64,000 bases of DNA from Promineifilum sp. (GCA_020634335.1 JACKBY010000013.1:16823-80822); one strand, 5' to 3'; counted from the stretch's first letter, positions 18,862-28,847 are shown. Numbers and translations are program-made. Notes: generated by a model from the sequence alone, not told the origin.

Positions 18862-19452
18862 ATGATCATCTCGTCACAGGATAATGAATTGGCGGCTTTA
18901 AGTGACTATTCGTTACTCGCGCGGGTGGCCCACGGTGATACAAGTGCCTTTGACGCCTTGTTCCACCGTCACTACGACCGGGTGTATGGTGTGCTGTTTC
19001 GCCTGGTGGGCGAGCGGGCGGAGGCTGAAGATCTGGCGCAAGAAGCCTTCCTGAAACTTTACAAGCGCGTTGATCGTGGGCGCCCCTTGGCGATGGATGA
19101 GAACGTCGGCGGTTGGCTCTATCGGGTGGCGATGAATCTGGGATACAACGCCTTGCGCGGCCGCCGGCGCATGGACGAACGCAATGTGCATTTGGTTCCC
19201 GGCGACGAAGCCGGCGTGGAACAAGAAGTGGGCCGGCGCGAAGAGCAAATCGCCGTTCGCCGGGCACTGGTTCGCTTACCCGAGCGACAGGCATTGTTGC
19301 TTATCCTGCGCCAGATGGATTTTAGCTATGCGGAGTGTGCGGCCATTTGCGAAGTCGCGCCGTCATCGGTGGGCACACTGTTGGCGCGCGCGGCCGAGGC
19401 ATTCCGGCGTGAATATCAAAGCGTGACCGGAAAGGGAGGAGACGAGCAGTGA
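18862..19452 (+). CDS. ECF-type sigma-70 factor
   Basis: AEDLAQEAFLKL, GWLYRVAMN (region 2), SYAECAAICEVAPSSVGTLLARA (region 4). Confidence 0.93.
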   Translation: MIISSQDNELAALSDYSLLARVAHGDTSAFDALFHRHYDRVYGVLFRLVGERAEAEDLAQEAFLKLYKRVDRGRPLAMDENVGGWLYRVAMNLGYNALRGRRRMDERNVHLVPGDEAGVEQEVGRREEQIAVRRALVRLPERQALLLILRQMDFSYAECAAICEVAPSSVGTLLARAAEAFRREYQSVTGKGGDEQ

Positions 19453-20438
19453 GTGAGTCCGAAGAAATTCAAGAAATACTGGAGCAACTGTCGGTGTTAG
19501 CGCCCCTTTCGAGCGATGAGCTTCCCTCGGCTTCGGCCGCTGCCTTAGCGCGTTTTAAAGGACGTGTGACGCCCCAGATGGCTGCTGATACAAGAGAACT
19601 CAGGAGTAGAAACATTATGTCTAACAAAAGATCGATTGCTGCGGGATTAACGTTTGTCGTGGCTATTGCGCTGCTGGTGGCGTTTCCGTCCGTGCGCGCG
19701 GCCGCCGGGGAGTTTCTGGGCCTTTTCCGCGTGCAGAAATTCGCTCCCATTTCCGTGTCCCCCCAGCAAATGGCCTTGTTGGGGCAGTTGCAAGAACAAG
19801 GATTGGCGCCTGGCGAGTTGGTGATGGTATCCGAATCGGGAGAGCCGACGGCCGTTGACACGCTGGAAACCGCGGCCCAGCTGACGGGCTATCAGTTGCG
19901 ACAGTTAGCGGATCGCGACCTGCCGGAGATTTACCTGATGGGGGACGCGAGCGGCTATCTGGACATCGATCTGGCCGGGGCCAGGGCGATAGTGGAAGCG
20001 GCCGGTGCCGACCCACTCCTGCTGCCCGATAGCCTGGACGGGGCGCGCGTCACCGTGCAGACTTATGACAGTGTGCAGCAACTGTATGCGGATGGTTTGA
20101 TGGTCATGCAGACGGCCGTGCCCGATGTGACCTACCCGCCCGACGTGGACCCCACAGTTCTGGGTGAAGCGCTCTTGCAGGTGCTGGGCGTGGAACCGGC
20201 CGCCGCCCACCAGCTTGCCCAAAGCATCGATTGGACAAGCACGATGTTGCTGCCGATTCCCCAAGACCTGGGAACCTACCGCGAGGTCACGGTGGATGGA
20301 ATGACGGGGGTAGCTGTTGAACCGTTCGACTCCGGCAGCGATCCGGCCATTGTCTGGCAAAAAGACGGCATGGTTTACATGATGACCGGGCCTGTTCCGG
20401 TTGATGAGTTGATCAATCAGGCAAACGCGCTACAGTAA
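19449..20438 (+). CDS. membrane-anchored anti-sigma factor with extracytoplasmic domain
   Basis: GTGA overlap with ECF stop; one TM helix (IAAGLTFVVAIALLVAF), EFLGLFRVQK, C-terminal IVWQKDGMVYMMTG. Confidence 0.75.
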   Translation: MSESEEIQEILEQLSVLAPLSSDELPSASAAALARFKGRVTPQMAADTRELRSRNIMSNKRSIAAGLTFVVAIALLVAFPSVRAAAGEFLGLFRVQKFAPISVSPQQMALLGQLQEQGLAPGELVMVSESGEPTAVDTLETAAQLTGYQLRQLADRDLPEIYLMGDASGYLDIDLAGARAIVEAAGADPLLLPDSLDGARVTVQTYDSVQQLYADGLMVMQTAVPDVTYPPDVDPTVLGEALLQVLGVEPAAAHQLAQSIDWTSTMLLPIPQDLGTYREVTVDGMTGVAVEPFDSGSDPAIVWQKDGMVYMMTGPVPVDELINQANALQ

Positions 20439-20481
20439 AAAAGGAGGGGGAAGCGGTGAAAGACGTTTCCCCCCATCTTTT

Positions 20482-21405
20482 ATGTCTGACCTCTTGATTG
20501 ATGCCCAGGGGCTGCGCAAAGAGTTTGGCCCCAAGGTTGCCGTGTCCGACCTGACCCTCAGCGTGCAGCGGGGCGAAGTCTTCGGCTTTTTGGGGCCCAA
20601 CGGCGCGGGCAAAACGACGTCGATCAAGATGTTGTTGTCGCTAACCGCACCGACGGCCGGCACCGCTTTCCTGCTTGGGCAACCGCTGGGTCACATCGCT
20701 TCGCGGGCCAAGGTTGGCTATCTCCCCGAACATTTCCGTTTTCATGAATGGCTGCGGGCCGACGAATTCCTTGATCTGCACGGCCGCTTGTATGGGATGG
20801 ACCAGCGCGCCAGGATTGAGGCAATCGCGCGGTTGCTTAAACTGGTTGGATTAGAGGAGCGCGCCGCCACCAAACTTGGCGCATTCTCCAAAGGCATGTT
20901 GCAGCGTATCGGCTTGGCCCAGGCATTGCTGAATGATCCCGAACTCGTCTTTCTGGATGAACCGACTTCCGGCCTTGATCCCGTTGGCCGTCGCCTGGTC
21001 CGCGATATCATTACCGAGTTGCGTGGACGCGGCACGGCTGTATTCCTCAATTCACACCTGTTGAGCGAAGTCGAAAAGACGTGTGATCGCGTGGCGTTTA
21101 TTCGCGGCGGCCGCATCTTGCAGATCGCCTCCCTGTCCGAATTTGAAGCGGAAGCGATCCAGGTCATTGTTCGTGTGGACCGGCCCACGCCCGAATTGCT
21201 CGCCGGGCTGGCTTTGTTTGGTCGGGACGTAAAATCAGGCCCCAGTGACGGCCGCATACTGCTTACCATGAGCGATCCGGCCCTGTTGCCGGCTGTCGCC
21301 CGGCACATCATCGATAACGGGTACGCGCTGTACGAACTGTCCCCCGAGCGCTTGTCCCTGGAGGACCGCTTTCTCCAGGTCGTCGGTGAGGTATCTGACG
21401 AGTAG
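20482..21405 (+). CDS. ABC-2 type transporter ATP-binding protein
   Basis: GPNGAGKTT, FSKGMLQR, FLDEPTSGLDP, NSHLL. Confidence 0.94.
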   Translation: MSDLLIDAQGLRKEFGPKVAVSDLTLSVQRGEVFGFLGPNGAGKTTSIKMLLSLTAPTAGTAFLLGQPLGHIASRAKVGYLPEHFRFHEWLRADEFLDLHGRLYGMDQRARIEAIARLLKLVGLEERAATKLGAFSKGMLQRIGLAQALLNDPELVFLDEPTSGLDPVGRRLVRDIITELRGRGTAVFLNSHLLSEVEKTCDRVAFIRGGRILQIASLSEFEAEAIQVIVRVDRPTPELLAGLALFGRDVKSGPSDGRILLTMSDPALLPAVARHIIDNGYALYELSPERLSLEDRFLQVVGEVSDE

Positions 21406-21421
21406 TCAAACGGATGCACCC

Positions 21422-22255
21422 ATGTCTATTCTGATCATCAGTCGCTTGACCATTCGGGAAGCCCAACGCCGTCGATTGTTGCTGGTTGCCCTGATCATGG
21501 GAATACTGTTTTTGACCGTCTTTGGCGTCGGATTCCATTATATCCGGCGCGATATGCTGCTTTTCCCACCGGGTGAGCAACAAGAAAACTTCATCTACGG
21601 CTTCCTGTTGACGGCCGGATTGTATGCGACGAACTTGCTGGTGACTATTGTGGCTGTTCTCATCTCTGTGACAACCCTTTCCGGAGAAGTCGAATCGCAC
21701 ATTATCGATGCCATTGTCACCAAGCCCATCCATCGGTGGGAGGTGGTGCTGGGTAAATGGCTGGCCTTCGCGTTGATGGTTCTGGTGTACTTGCTGCTGC
21801 TCACGGTCGGACTGATGCTCATTGTCTATTGGCAATCCGGGTTCCGGTTTGAGAACATCGCTTATGGCTTGGTGATGATGACACTCGGAGCCTTACTGGT
21901 ACTCTCGCTCAGCATCGCCGGCGGCACGCGCCTTTCGACCCTGGCGAATGGCGTCCTCTCTTTCATGCTTTTTGCCGTGGCTTTTCTCGGTGGCCTTGTG
22001 GAGCAGATTGGCGGGTTTATTCGTAATGAAGCGGCCGTCAATATCGGCATCGTGACCAGCCTCATCCTGCCCGCCGATGCTCTCTGGAAGAAAGCTCTCT
22101 CCGCCTTTCAACCTCGCTCGTTCAGCAGTCCGATGATGGCTGGCCCCTTTGCTGCTACTACGGAACCCAGCACCTTGATGATCGTCTACTCCGTCGTCTA
22201 TCTCGTCGCCCTCGTGCTGTTTGCCATGTGGAGCTTCACCCGACGCGATCTGTGA
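21422..22255 (+). CDS. ABC-2 type transporter permease
   Basis: six hydrophobic helices; TKPIHRWEVVLGKW; C-terminal FTRRDL. Confidence 0.9.
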   Translation: MSILIISRLTIREAQRRRLLLVALIMGILFLTVFGVGFHYIRRDMLLFPPGEQQENFIYGFLLTAGLYATNLLVTIVAVLISVTTLSGEVESHIIDAIVTKPIHRWEVVLGKWLAFALMVLVYLLLLTVGLMLIVYWQSGFRFENIAYGLVMMTLGALLVLSLSIAGGTRLSTLANGVLSFMLFAVAFLGGLVEQIGGFIRNEAAVNIGIVTSLILPADALWKKALSAFQPRSFSSPMMAGPFAATTEPSTLMIVYSVVYLVALVLFAMWSFTRRDL

Positions 22256-22273
22256 AGATCGCGTAGAAACCCC

Positions 22274-22302
22274 TTCAAATTTTCCCGGCGATCCCTTACA
22301 AT
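22274..22302 (+). promoter_or_regulatory. sigma70-type promoter
   Basis: TTCAAA-N17-TACAAT upstream of the ORF at 22360. Confidence 0.5.
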
Positions 22303-22359
22303 AATTGTGTCTAATTGATTCATGTTCAATGGGAGGCGCTCGCGCAGATTGGAGGTAGC

Positions 22360-22935
22360 ATGTCGGACAAGCCCCACATCGTTCGTGTCGTGGCTGATGA
22401 GGCCCGGAGAATGTATTTTCGACGCCGCCGCGAGCGCGAAGCTCTGCCCCGTCCTCGGATTCGGCATCAGGAAATAGGCGTGGAGTTCGTCGACCAGGAA
22501 TTTATCCCCTATGCCGACCTGGGCTACAACAGTGACATCGGCTTTTTTCGCCTGTCGCAAACCTTCGACGTTCCGAACGAAGCTGCGCCTTTTGCCGCAG
22601 CAGGACGGTTGATCGATCCCGGCGGCATCGTCGTCACGACCGGGGCTTCCCACCGTTTGACCAACGACGAAATCGGCGGTTTGCTTGAGCGTCACGTCGC
22701 TGGTGATTATGGAGAATTCGGCCAGTTCTACAACCTGGATGTGGACGACGCCATGCTCACCGCTGAATCGCTTGAACCGGCTGATCGGGGGACAGCCAAC
22801 AAGGTCCACACGCTAACCGGCCTGGATACGATTGTCTCGGCCTACACCGTGCGCGAGCATTGCATCTGGGTGATTACTGAGGCGGGGGAGAACCGGACGA
22901 CCCTGCTTCTGTTTGCCGGGCCTGCCCGGGGCTGA
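22360..22935 (+). CDS. hypothetical protein with an RHxxGD(W/Y)G...WVITE domain resembling mobile-element hypothetical proteins
   Basis: GGAGG SD; GIVVTTGA, LERHVAGDYG, IVSAY, IWVITEAGENRTTLLL. Confidence 0.7.
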   Translation: MSDKPHIVRVVADEARRMYFRRRREREALPRPRIRHQEIGVEFVDQEFIPYADLGYNSDIGFFRLSQTFDVPNEAAPFAAAGRLIDPGGIVVTTGASHRLTNDEIGGLLERHVAGDYGEFGQFYNLDVDDAMLTAESLEPADRGTANKVHTLTGLDTIVSAYTVREHCIWVITEAGENRTTLLLFAGPARG

Positions 22936-23797
22936 AAGCCCACTCCAGAAAGACGGGCAAGACCCGCGCCCACGTTTCGAAGTCGTGCCGGCCGCCGGGA
23001 ACCTCGACGTAGGTAATCTGGTCCGGTTCACAGCCAATGCTCGATAGCTCTGCGATCAGGTCCAACGTATCCTGAATGGCATCGATCACGCCGTCGCCAT
23101 CCCGGTCACTCACCTCGTCGCGCGTGCCGGCCTGGAAGAAAAGACGAAAGGGCGGGGGTTTGGCGGCATTTCGGGCCAGTGAATGAGCGATGCGCCGGCC
23201 GGCGTCGATGCGTTCCTCCTTGTCGGCCGCGCGCCACCAAAAACTGCCGGACAAGATGCCTACCACCGCGAATCGCTCTGGATAGTTCCAGGCGATGTCG
23301 AACGCGGAAAGGCCCCCCAGCGAGACGCCCAACAAGCTCGGCCGGCCTTTGGTTCGAAAGGTACGGTCGATCAGCGGGATCAGCTCCTCCATGAGGAAAT
23401 GGGTGTAGGCCGGCGCGAGCAAGCCCAACCCCAGCGTGTTGAGGGCCACGGCCGTGCCGTATTCGTGCAGGCGATTGTCATTGGTTGGCACGGCGACGAC
23501 GATGATCGGCCTGATTCGGCCCGCGTCGATCAGGCGGGCTAATGACTCGTGTAGGCCAATCGCTTCATGTTCCTGGCCATCATTAATGTACAAAACCTCA
23601 AATTGTTCGCTTTCGTGTTTTCGATAGCGCGGCGGCAAGTAGACCCGGATATCCCGCTTGTTGCCCAGCCTGGAGGCTGTGACGTCCGGCAGGATGATCA
23701 CTTCAATCGTATTGAGCAGGCGTTGCCGCCGACGTTTGCCCCACCGCGCCCATGCGGCCAGCAAGCCGCCCAGCACGGCCGCGAATAGTCCCACCAT
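22874..23797 (-). CDS. alpha/beta-hydrolase esterase (Fes/putative-esterase family) with N-terminal membrane anchor
   Basis: RVYLPP, LYINDGQ, GVSLGG nucleophile elbow, GGRHD. Confidence 0.88.
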   Translation of the reverse strand: MVGLFAAVLGGLLAAWARWGKRRRQRLLNTIEVIILPDVTASRLGNKRDIRVYLPPRYRKHESEQFEVLYINDGQEHEAIGLHESLARLIDAGRIRPIIVVAVPTNDNRLHEYGTAVALNTLGLGLLAPAYTHFLMEELIPLIDRTFRTKGRPSLLGVSLGGLSAFDIAWNYPERFAVVGILSGSFWWRAADKEERIDAGRRIAHSLARNAAKPPPFRLFFQAGTRDEVSDRDGDGVIDAIQDTLDLIAELSSIGCEPDQITYVEVPGGRHDFETWARVLPVFLEWAFSPGQARQTEAGSSGSPPPQ

Positions 23798-23802
23798 CAG
23801 GA

Positions 23803-25176
23803 TTATTCAGCCTGGCTCAGCAGACCCAGGTAACGGATGCTGGTGACAATACCGGCGTCGAAATTGGGCAGATAGAAGCGTTCATTGGGGGAATGGATCC
23901 GGTCGCCCGGCAGGCCAAACCCCATGAGAACCGTCGGCAAACCCAAGTCAGATTCAAACCTGTTGACTACCGGGATCGAGCCACCTTCGCGCATGAAGAC
24001 GGCTGGATGATGAAACGTGGCCTCGTAGGCCGCCGCGGCCGCACGCATGGGCGGCGTATCGCGCTCGATTAGGGCGGCTCTTGATCCTCCGGCGCCATGG
24101 ATATCGATTTTCACGCTGGGGGGCATCACGGAGTGGGCGAACTGTCGAAAAAGCTCAATGATCTCGTTTGGGTCCTGATCAGGCACCAAACGCATGGAAA
24201 TCTTGGCGTGGGCACGCGCGGGCAAGACGGTTTTGGCTCCCTGGCCGATATAGCCACCATACATGCCGGTTATGTCCAGCGTGGGACGGGCGCTCAGGCG
24301 TTCGACGAGCGTATATTCCGGCTCGCCCCAGGCAGTTGGAGCGCCTGTTTCGCGTAGCCAATCACTCTCGTCCAATGGAAACCGGGCCAACAACTCGCGC
24401 TCTTCCGCGGATAGTGGACGTACCCGATCATAGAAGCCGGGAATGAGGATATGACCTTGCTCATCCTTCAGGCGCGCGATGAGGTGGGCCAGGGCGTTGA
24501 TCGGGTTGTTGATGCCGCCACCGTAGGAGCCGGAGTGCAGGTCGCGGCCAGGGCCGGTGACGTCGACCATCACGTGGCAGTTGCCCCGCAAGCCGTACAC
24601 CAGCGCCGGTTTGCCGATGCCCAAAATAGAGGAATCGGAGATCAGCGCGGAGTCGGCCGCCAGTCGCGTTTGATTGTGCGAGATAAATTCGTGCAAGTTT
24701 TGGCTGCCGATCTCTTCTTCGCCTTCGATGATGAATTTGACGTTGAGCGGCAGGCGACCGTCGGTGCGCAGGTAGGACTCGACGGCCTTCACATGGACGT
24801 ACAATTGCCCCTTGTCGTCGGCCGCGCCGCGGGCGTAGATGTAGTTATCTCGAATGGTGGGTTCAAACGGCGGAGTTTCCCACAGGTCAAGCGGTTCGGC
24901 CGGTTGAACGTCGTAGTGGCCGTAAACGAGAACCGTGGGAGCATGGCTGCCGGCGTGGAGCCAATCGCCGTAGACAATGGGATGTCGCTTGGTCTCTATG
25001 ACCTCGACGTGTTCCAGACCGGCACTGGTCATGGCCCGGGCCACCCAGTGTGCCGCTTCCAGCGTGTCGGCGTCCCGCGCTGCCTGCGTGCTGACGCTGG
25101 GAATGCGCAGAAAATCGATGAGTTCGGTCAGAAATGTGTCGCGATTATTGTGGGCGTATTCTAATGGGGTCGGCAT
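23803..25176 (-). CDS. M20 family dipeptidase
   Basis: VYGHYDVQP, RGAADDKGQ, EGEEEIGS, DLHSG, IHSPNE. Confidence 0.93.
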   Translation of the reverse strand: MPTPLEYAHNNRDTFLTELIDFLRIPSVSTQAARDADTLEAAHWVARAMTSAGLEHVEVIETKRHPIVYGDWLHAGSHAPTVLVYGHYDVQPAEPLDLWETPPFEPTIRDNYIYARGAADDKGQLYVHVKAVESYLRTDGRLPLNVKFIIEGEEEIGSQNLHEFISHNQTRLAADSALISDSSILGIGKPALVYGLRGNCHVMVDVTGPGRDLHSGSYGGGINNPINALAHLIARLKDEQGHILIPGFYDRVRPLSAEERELLARFPLDESDWLRETGAPTAWGEPEYTLVERLSARPTLDITGMYGGYIGQGAKTVLPARAHAKISMRLVPDQDPNEIIELFRQFAHSVMPPSVKIDIHGAGGSRAALIERDTPPMRAAAAAYEATFHHPAVFMREGGSIPVVNRFESDLGLPTVLMGFGLPGDRIHSPNERFYLPNFDAGIVTSIRYLGLLSQAE

Positions 25177-25279
25177 GATTCATTTCATTCGGAGCAGGAT
25201 GTGTTATTATCGGTATGATATCTCTTTGGCAGCAGATTGTCCCGTTTGGTCATGAGAGCGGCCGCTTATTCGAGAGTCA

Positions 25280-25825
25280 ATGACTATAACCGATTTATCT
25301 CCGTCAAAGGAAGTGGTAACGACGGCTTCGCCCATCATGTTGCTGGAGAGCTTGCTGTTTGTGGCGAGTGGGCCAGTTTCGCCTTCGCGGCTGGCCGCCG
25401 CGCTGGATGTGACGCCGGCAACCGTTCAGGAGCTTTTGCGCGAGCTGGAAGCCGATTACAGCCGGCGCGGCTTGCGTTTGCAGTGGAGTGGCGGCGCGGT
25501 GCAGTTGACGACCGCGGCCGAGGCCGGCGCGGCGGTCGAACGCTTTCTGGGTCTGGAGTTGACAACCCGCCTTAGCCAGGCGGCGCTGGAAGTATTGGCT
25601 ATTGTGGCCTATCTGCAACCGGCCACTCGGCCACAAATCGACCAGCTACGTGGCGTTAATTCGGATGGCGCGCTCCGCTCTTTACTGAGCAAGGGATTGA
25701 TTGAGGAGGTGGGCCGGCTCGAAAAACCGGGCCGTCCGATCCTCTATGGCACGACGCCCGATTTCCTGCAATCCTTCGGATTGGGCGCGCTGACGGAGAT
25801 GCCGCCGTTGGATGAGGAAGAGTAG
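25280..25825 (+). CDS. scpB: SMC-Scp complex subunit ScpB
   Basis: LESLLFVA, LSQAALEVLAIVAYLQP, LRGVNSD, PGRPILYGTT. Confidence 0.95.
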   Translation: MTITDLSPSKEVVTTASPIMLLESLLFVASGPVSPSRLAAALDVTPATVQELLRELEADYSRRGLRLQWSGGAVQLTTAAEAGAAVERFLGLELTTRLSQAALEVLAIVAYLQPATRPQIDQLRGVNSDGALRSLLSKGLIEEVGRLEKPGRPILYGTTPDFLQSFGLGALTEMPPLDEEE

Positions 25826-25883
25826 AGCCGGGATGACTGGCCGAACAGTTGTCCCGGCGTCGGTCATTGAGAGAGAGTTTTTA

Positions 25884-26705
25884 GTGGAAGAAAGATTGCA
25901 AAAGATCATGGCGCGGGCTAGTTACGGCTCGCGCCGTTCGTGTGAGACGATCATCAGCGAAGGGCGTGTGACCGTCAATGGCCGCGTTGCCAAGCTGGGT
26001 GATAAGGCTGATCCGGCGACCGATCACATCGAGGTTGACGGTCAGTCTCTTGGCGGACAGACGCAGGCCGGCCCGGACAATGGCTTCATTTATATTGCCC
26101 TCAACAAGCCGCGCGGGGTCATCTCTTCGCTGGAAGATGAGCTGGAGGCGGGACGGACTACCGTGCGCGACCTGGTCGATGTCGACAGTTCGCACCATAT
26201 CTATCCGGTCGGCCGCCTCGACAAGCCGAGCGAAGGCCTTGTTCTCATGACCAACGACGGCGCGCTGGCGCACCGGTTGACCCACCCTCGTTATGGGCAC
26301 GAGAAAGTATATGACGTCACTGTGGAGGGCAACATCTCCGACCGGGTCCTGGACCAGTGGCGGCGGGGCGTGATACTGGACGGCCGCATCACTGCGCCCG
26401 CGCCTATCGAATTAATCGAGCGCGGAGCGGATAGCAGCCGATTGCGCATTATCCTGCGTGAGGGGCGCAAGAGGCAGATTCGCCGCATTGCCGCCGGATT
26501 AGGTCATCCCGTGCGGCAATTGATACGTGAGCGAATCGGGCCGTTGACCTTGGGCGATTTGCAACCAGGTCAATGGCGCTCGCTGACCAGCGGGGAAGTC
26601 GCAGAGCTTAAACAAAGCGTGACCGATGATCCGGCTTCACGCGACCCATTGCCAAACCACCCGAACAGGAAAAAGGATTCTCGTGCAGCCCGATCTTCTA
26701 CCTGA
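25884..26705 (+). CDS. rluB: rRNA pseudouridine synthase, RsuA/RluB family
   Basis: EERLQKIMA S4 domain, YPVGRLD, LREGRKRQIRR; scpB-rluB-cmk synteny. Confidence 0.88.
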   Translation: MEERLQKIMARASYGSRRSCETIISEGRVTVNGRVAKLGDKADPATDHIEVDGQSLGGQTQAGPDNGFIYIALNKPRGVISSLEDELEAGRTTVRDLVDVDSSHHIYPVGRLDKPSEGLVLMTNDGALAHRLTHPRYGHEKVYDVTVEGNISDRVLDQWRRGVILDGRITAPAPIELIERGADSSRLRIILREGRKRQIRRIAAGLGHPVRQLIRERIGPLTLGDLQPGQWRSLTSGEVAELKQSVTDDPASRDPLPNHPNRKKDSRAARSST

Positions 26706-27399
26706 CGTGATCGCTATCGACGGGCCGGCTGCTTCCGGCAAGTCGACAATTGGTTTGATGCTTGCCCAGCGCTTGGGCTATCTCTGCCTGGATACCGGTT
26801 CCATGTATCGTGCGCTGACCCTGGCCGCCATTCTGAAGGGGATTTCGCCCGACAATGAGAACGACATCACGCGGCTGGCTTCGGATTGCGACCTGGCCAT
26901 CATCCCCTTGTCGGGGGAGACGGACGGCCGCCATTACACCGTGATGCTCAACGGCGTCGACGTCACCTGGGATTTGCGTTCGCCGCAGGTGGATGCCGCC
27001 GTCTCGCAGGTATCGACGTACCCGGGCGTCCGTTCCCGGATGGTGGAGCGCCAACGTGCCGTGGGGCGGCGCGGCCGAGTTGTCATGATCGGTCGCGACA
27101 TCGGTACGGTGGTGATGCCCGACGCGGGTCTTAAGCTGTATATCACCGCTTCCCCGGAGGAACGTGCTCGCCGCCGGCTAATTGACCGTGTACGCCAGGG
27201 CAACGATGATGAGTATCAATCGATCCTGGCCGACGTAGTGCGCCGCGATCAAATGGACGGCAGCCGGGTTCTTTCGCCGATGCGGCCCGCGGTCGATGCT
27301 ATAACCATTGACACGACCGGCCGCAGCGCCGAGGTGGTGATCGAGGAAATCATGTCGATTCTCAATCTCAATCACTTTCAACCGGAAGGACGCGCCTAA
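26683..27399 (+). CDS. cmk: cytidylate kinase
   Basis: IAIDGPAASGKST, LDTGSMYRA, GRDIGTVV. Confidence 0.96.
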   Translation: MQPDLLPDVIAIDGPAASGKSTIGLMLAQRLGYLCLDTGSMYRALTLAAILKGISPDNENDITRLASDCDLAIIPLSGETDGRHYTVMLNGVDVTWDLRSPQVDAAVSQVSTYPGVRSRMVERQRAVGRRGRVVMIGRDIGTVVMPDAGLKLYITASPEERARRRLIDRVRQGNDDEYQSILADVVRRDQMDGSRVLSPMRPAVDAITIDTTGRSAEVVIEEIMSILNLNHFQPEGRA

Positions 27400-28847
27400 T
27401 GGCCTTGTTCCAGGAAATTGACCCGTTGACCTTTGCCGGCGGTCGAATCGTCGGCATCGAGCCGCACAGCGTGGCCGCCGAGCTTGATCTGCGGCCGGGT
27501 GACGAGTTGTTGGCAATTAACGATCAGGCCGTCGAAGATACTATCGACGTGCAATTTTATGCCGCCGAGGAGGAGCTTGAACTGCTCGTTCGTCGCGACG
27601 GCGAAATATTGCTCTTCGAGGCCGAGCGTGATTACGACCAAGCGCTGGGATTAGAGTTTGCCCATCCGACCTTCGACGTCGACATTCGCCGGTGCAATAA
27701 CCTGTGCGAATTTTGTTTTGTCCTTCAGATGGGCCCGCAATTTCGGCGCACGTTGTACATCAAGGACGATGACTATCGCTACTCTTTTCTCTTTGGCCAT
27801 TACGTGACGCTGACGAACCTGAACGAGCACGACTGGTGGCGCATCGAGAATATGCGGTTATCGCCTTTGTACGTGTCGGTTCACGTGACGGACACGGAGC
27901 TGCGCCGGCGCTTTTTGCGCAATTCCCATGCCGGGGACATCATGGAACAGTTACGGCGGCTGGCCGAATGGAATATCGAAGTCCATGCCCAGCTGGTCAT
28001 CGTTCCCGGCTTCAACGACGGCGAATGGCTGGCCCGTTCTGTGCGCGAGTTGGCTACGTTGTGGCCGGAAGAGGGCGCCGGCGGGGTGGTCTCGGTCAGT
28101 GTTGTCCCAGTCGGCCTCACGAAGCATCACAAGTACGGGATGCGGCCACACACGAGGGCGGAGGCCGCGGCCACACTGGACTACGTCGAAACTCTGCAAC
28201 GCGAATTCATCGATCGCTTTGGTATTCGCTTTATTTATCCGACCGATGAATGGTATCTGGTGACCGACCGCGAAGTGCCGCCGCTGGATAATTATGACGG
28301 CCATGAATTGCACGAGAACGGCTTGGGCATGGTGCGCGCATTCCTGGACGACTGGGCGGTAATTCGGCGGGAGATCGCTGTGGCGCGCACCATGCCCGCT
28401 CCACGCGCCGTGACGCTGGCGACCGCGGCCCTGTTTGCGCCTACGCTGCGCCAAAAAGCATCTGAATTCGCGTCGCTGACCGGCTGCGACGTTCAGGTCG
28501 TGGAAATCCGCAATGAGCGCCTGGGGGAAACTATCACCGTTGCCGGCTTGCTCAACGGCAGTGATGTTCTGCAGCAATTGCGCGACGCCGGAGTCGGTGA
28601 GCTGGTGGTCCTGCCGCGGGTCATGTTCGATCACCCTGATACTATCTCGCTCGATAATATTTCTCCCCAGGACCTGGCTAATCTGCTGGATCGCCCGGTG
28701 GCTCTGGCCGATGCATTGGGCGACGTCTGGGACGCCTTGCGCGGTGAATCAAAATTAATGTACCGGCCGGGGGTGGCCCCGGCCGGTACGATTGACTTAA
28801 AAGTGTTGGGAAACGGCGCCAACGGATCGGCTGCCCACCTTTCCTAA
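27399..28847 (+). CDS. PDZ plus DUF512 radical-SAM-like Fe-S protein
   Basis: N-terminal PDZ-like segment, CNNLCEFC (CxxxCxxC), KDDDYRYSFL, HENGLG, TVAGLL. Confidence 0.88.
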   Translation: MALFQEIDPLTFAGGRIVGIEPHSVAAELDLRPGDELLAINDQAVEDTIDVQFYAAEEELELLVRRDGEILLFEAERDYDQALGLEFAHPTFDVDIRRCNNLCEFCFVLQMGPQFRRTLYIKDDDYRYSFLFGHYVTLTNLNEHDWWRIENMRLSPLYVSVHVTDTELRRRFLRNSHAGDIMEQLRRLAEWNIEVHAQLVIVPGFNDGEWLARSVRELATLWPEEGAGGVVSVSVVPVGLTKHHKYGMRPHTRAEAAATLDYVETLQREFIDRFGIRFIYPTDEWYLVTDREVPPLDNYDGHELHENGLGMVRAFLDDWAVIRREIAVARTMPAPRAVTLATAALFAPTLRQKASEFASLTGCDVQVVEIRNERLGETITVAGLLNGSDVLQQLRDAGVGELVVLPRVMFDHPDTISLDNISPQDLANLLDRPVALADALGDVWDALRGESKLMYRPGVAPAGTIDLKVLGNGANGSAAHLS

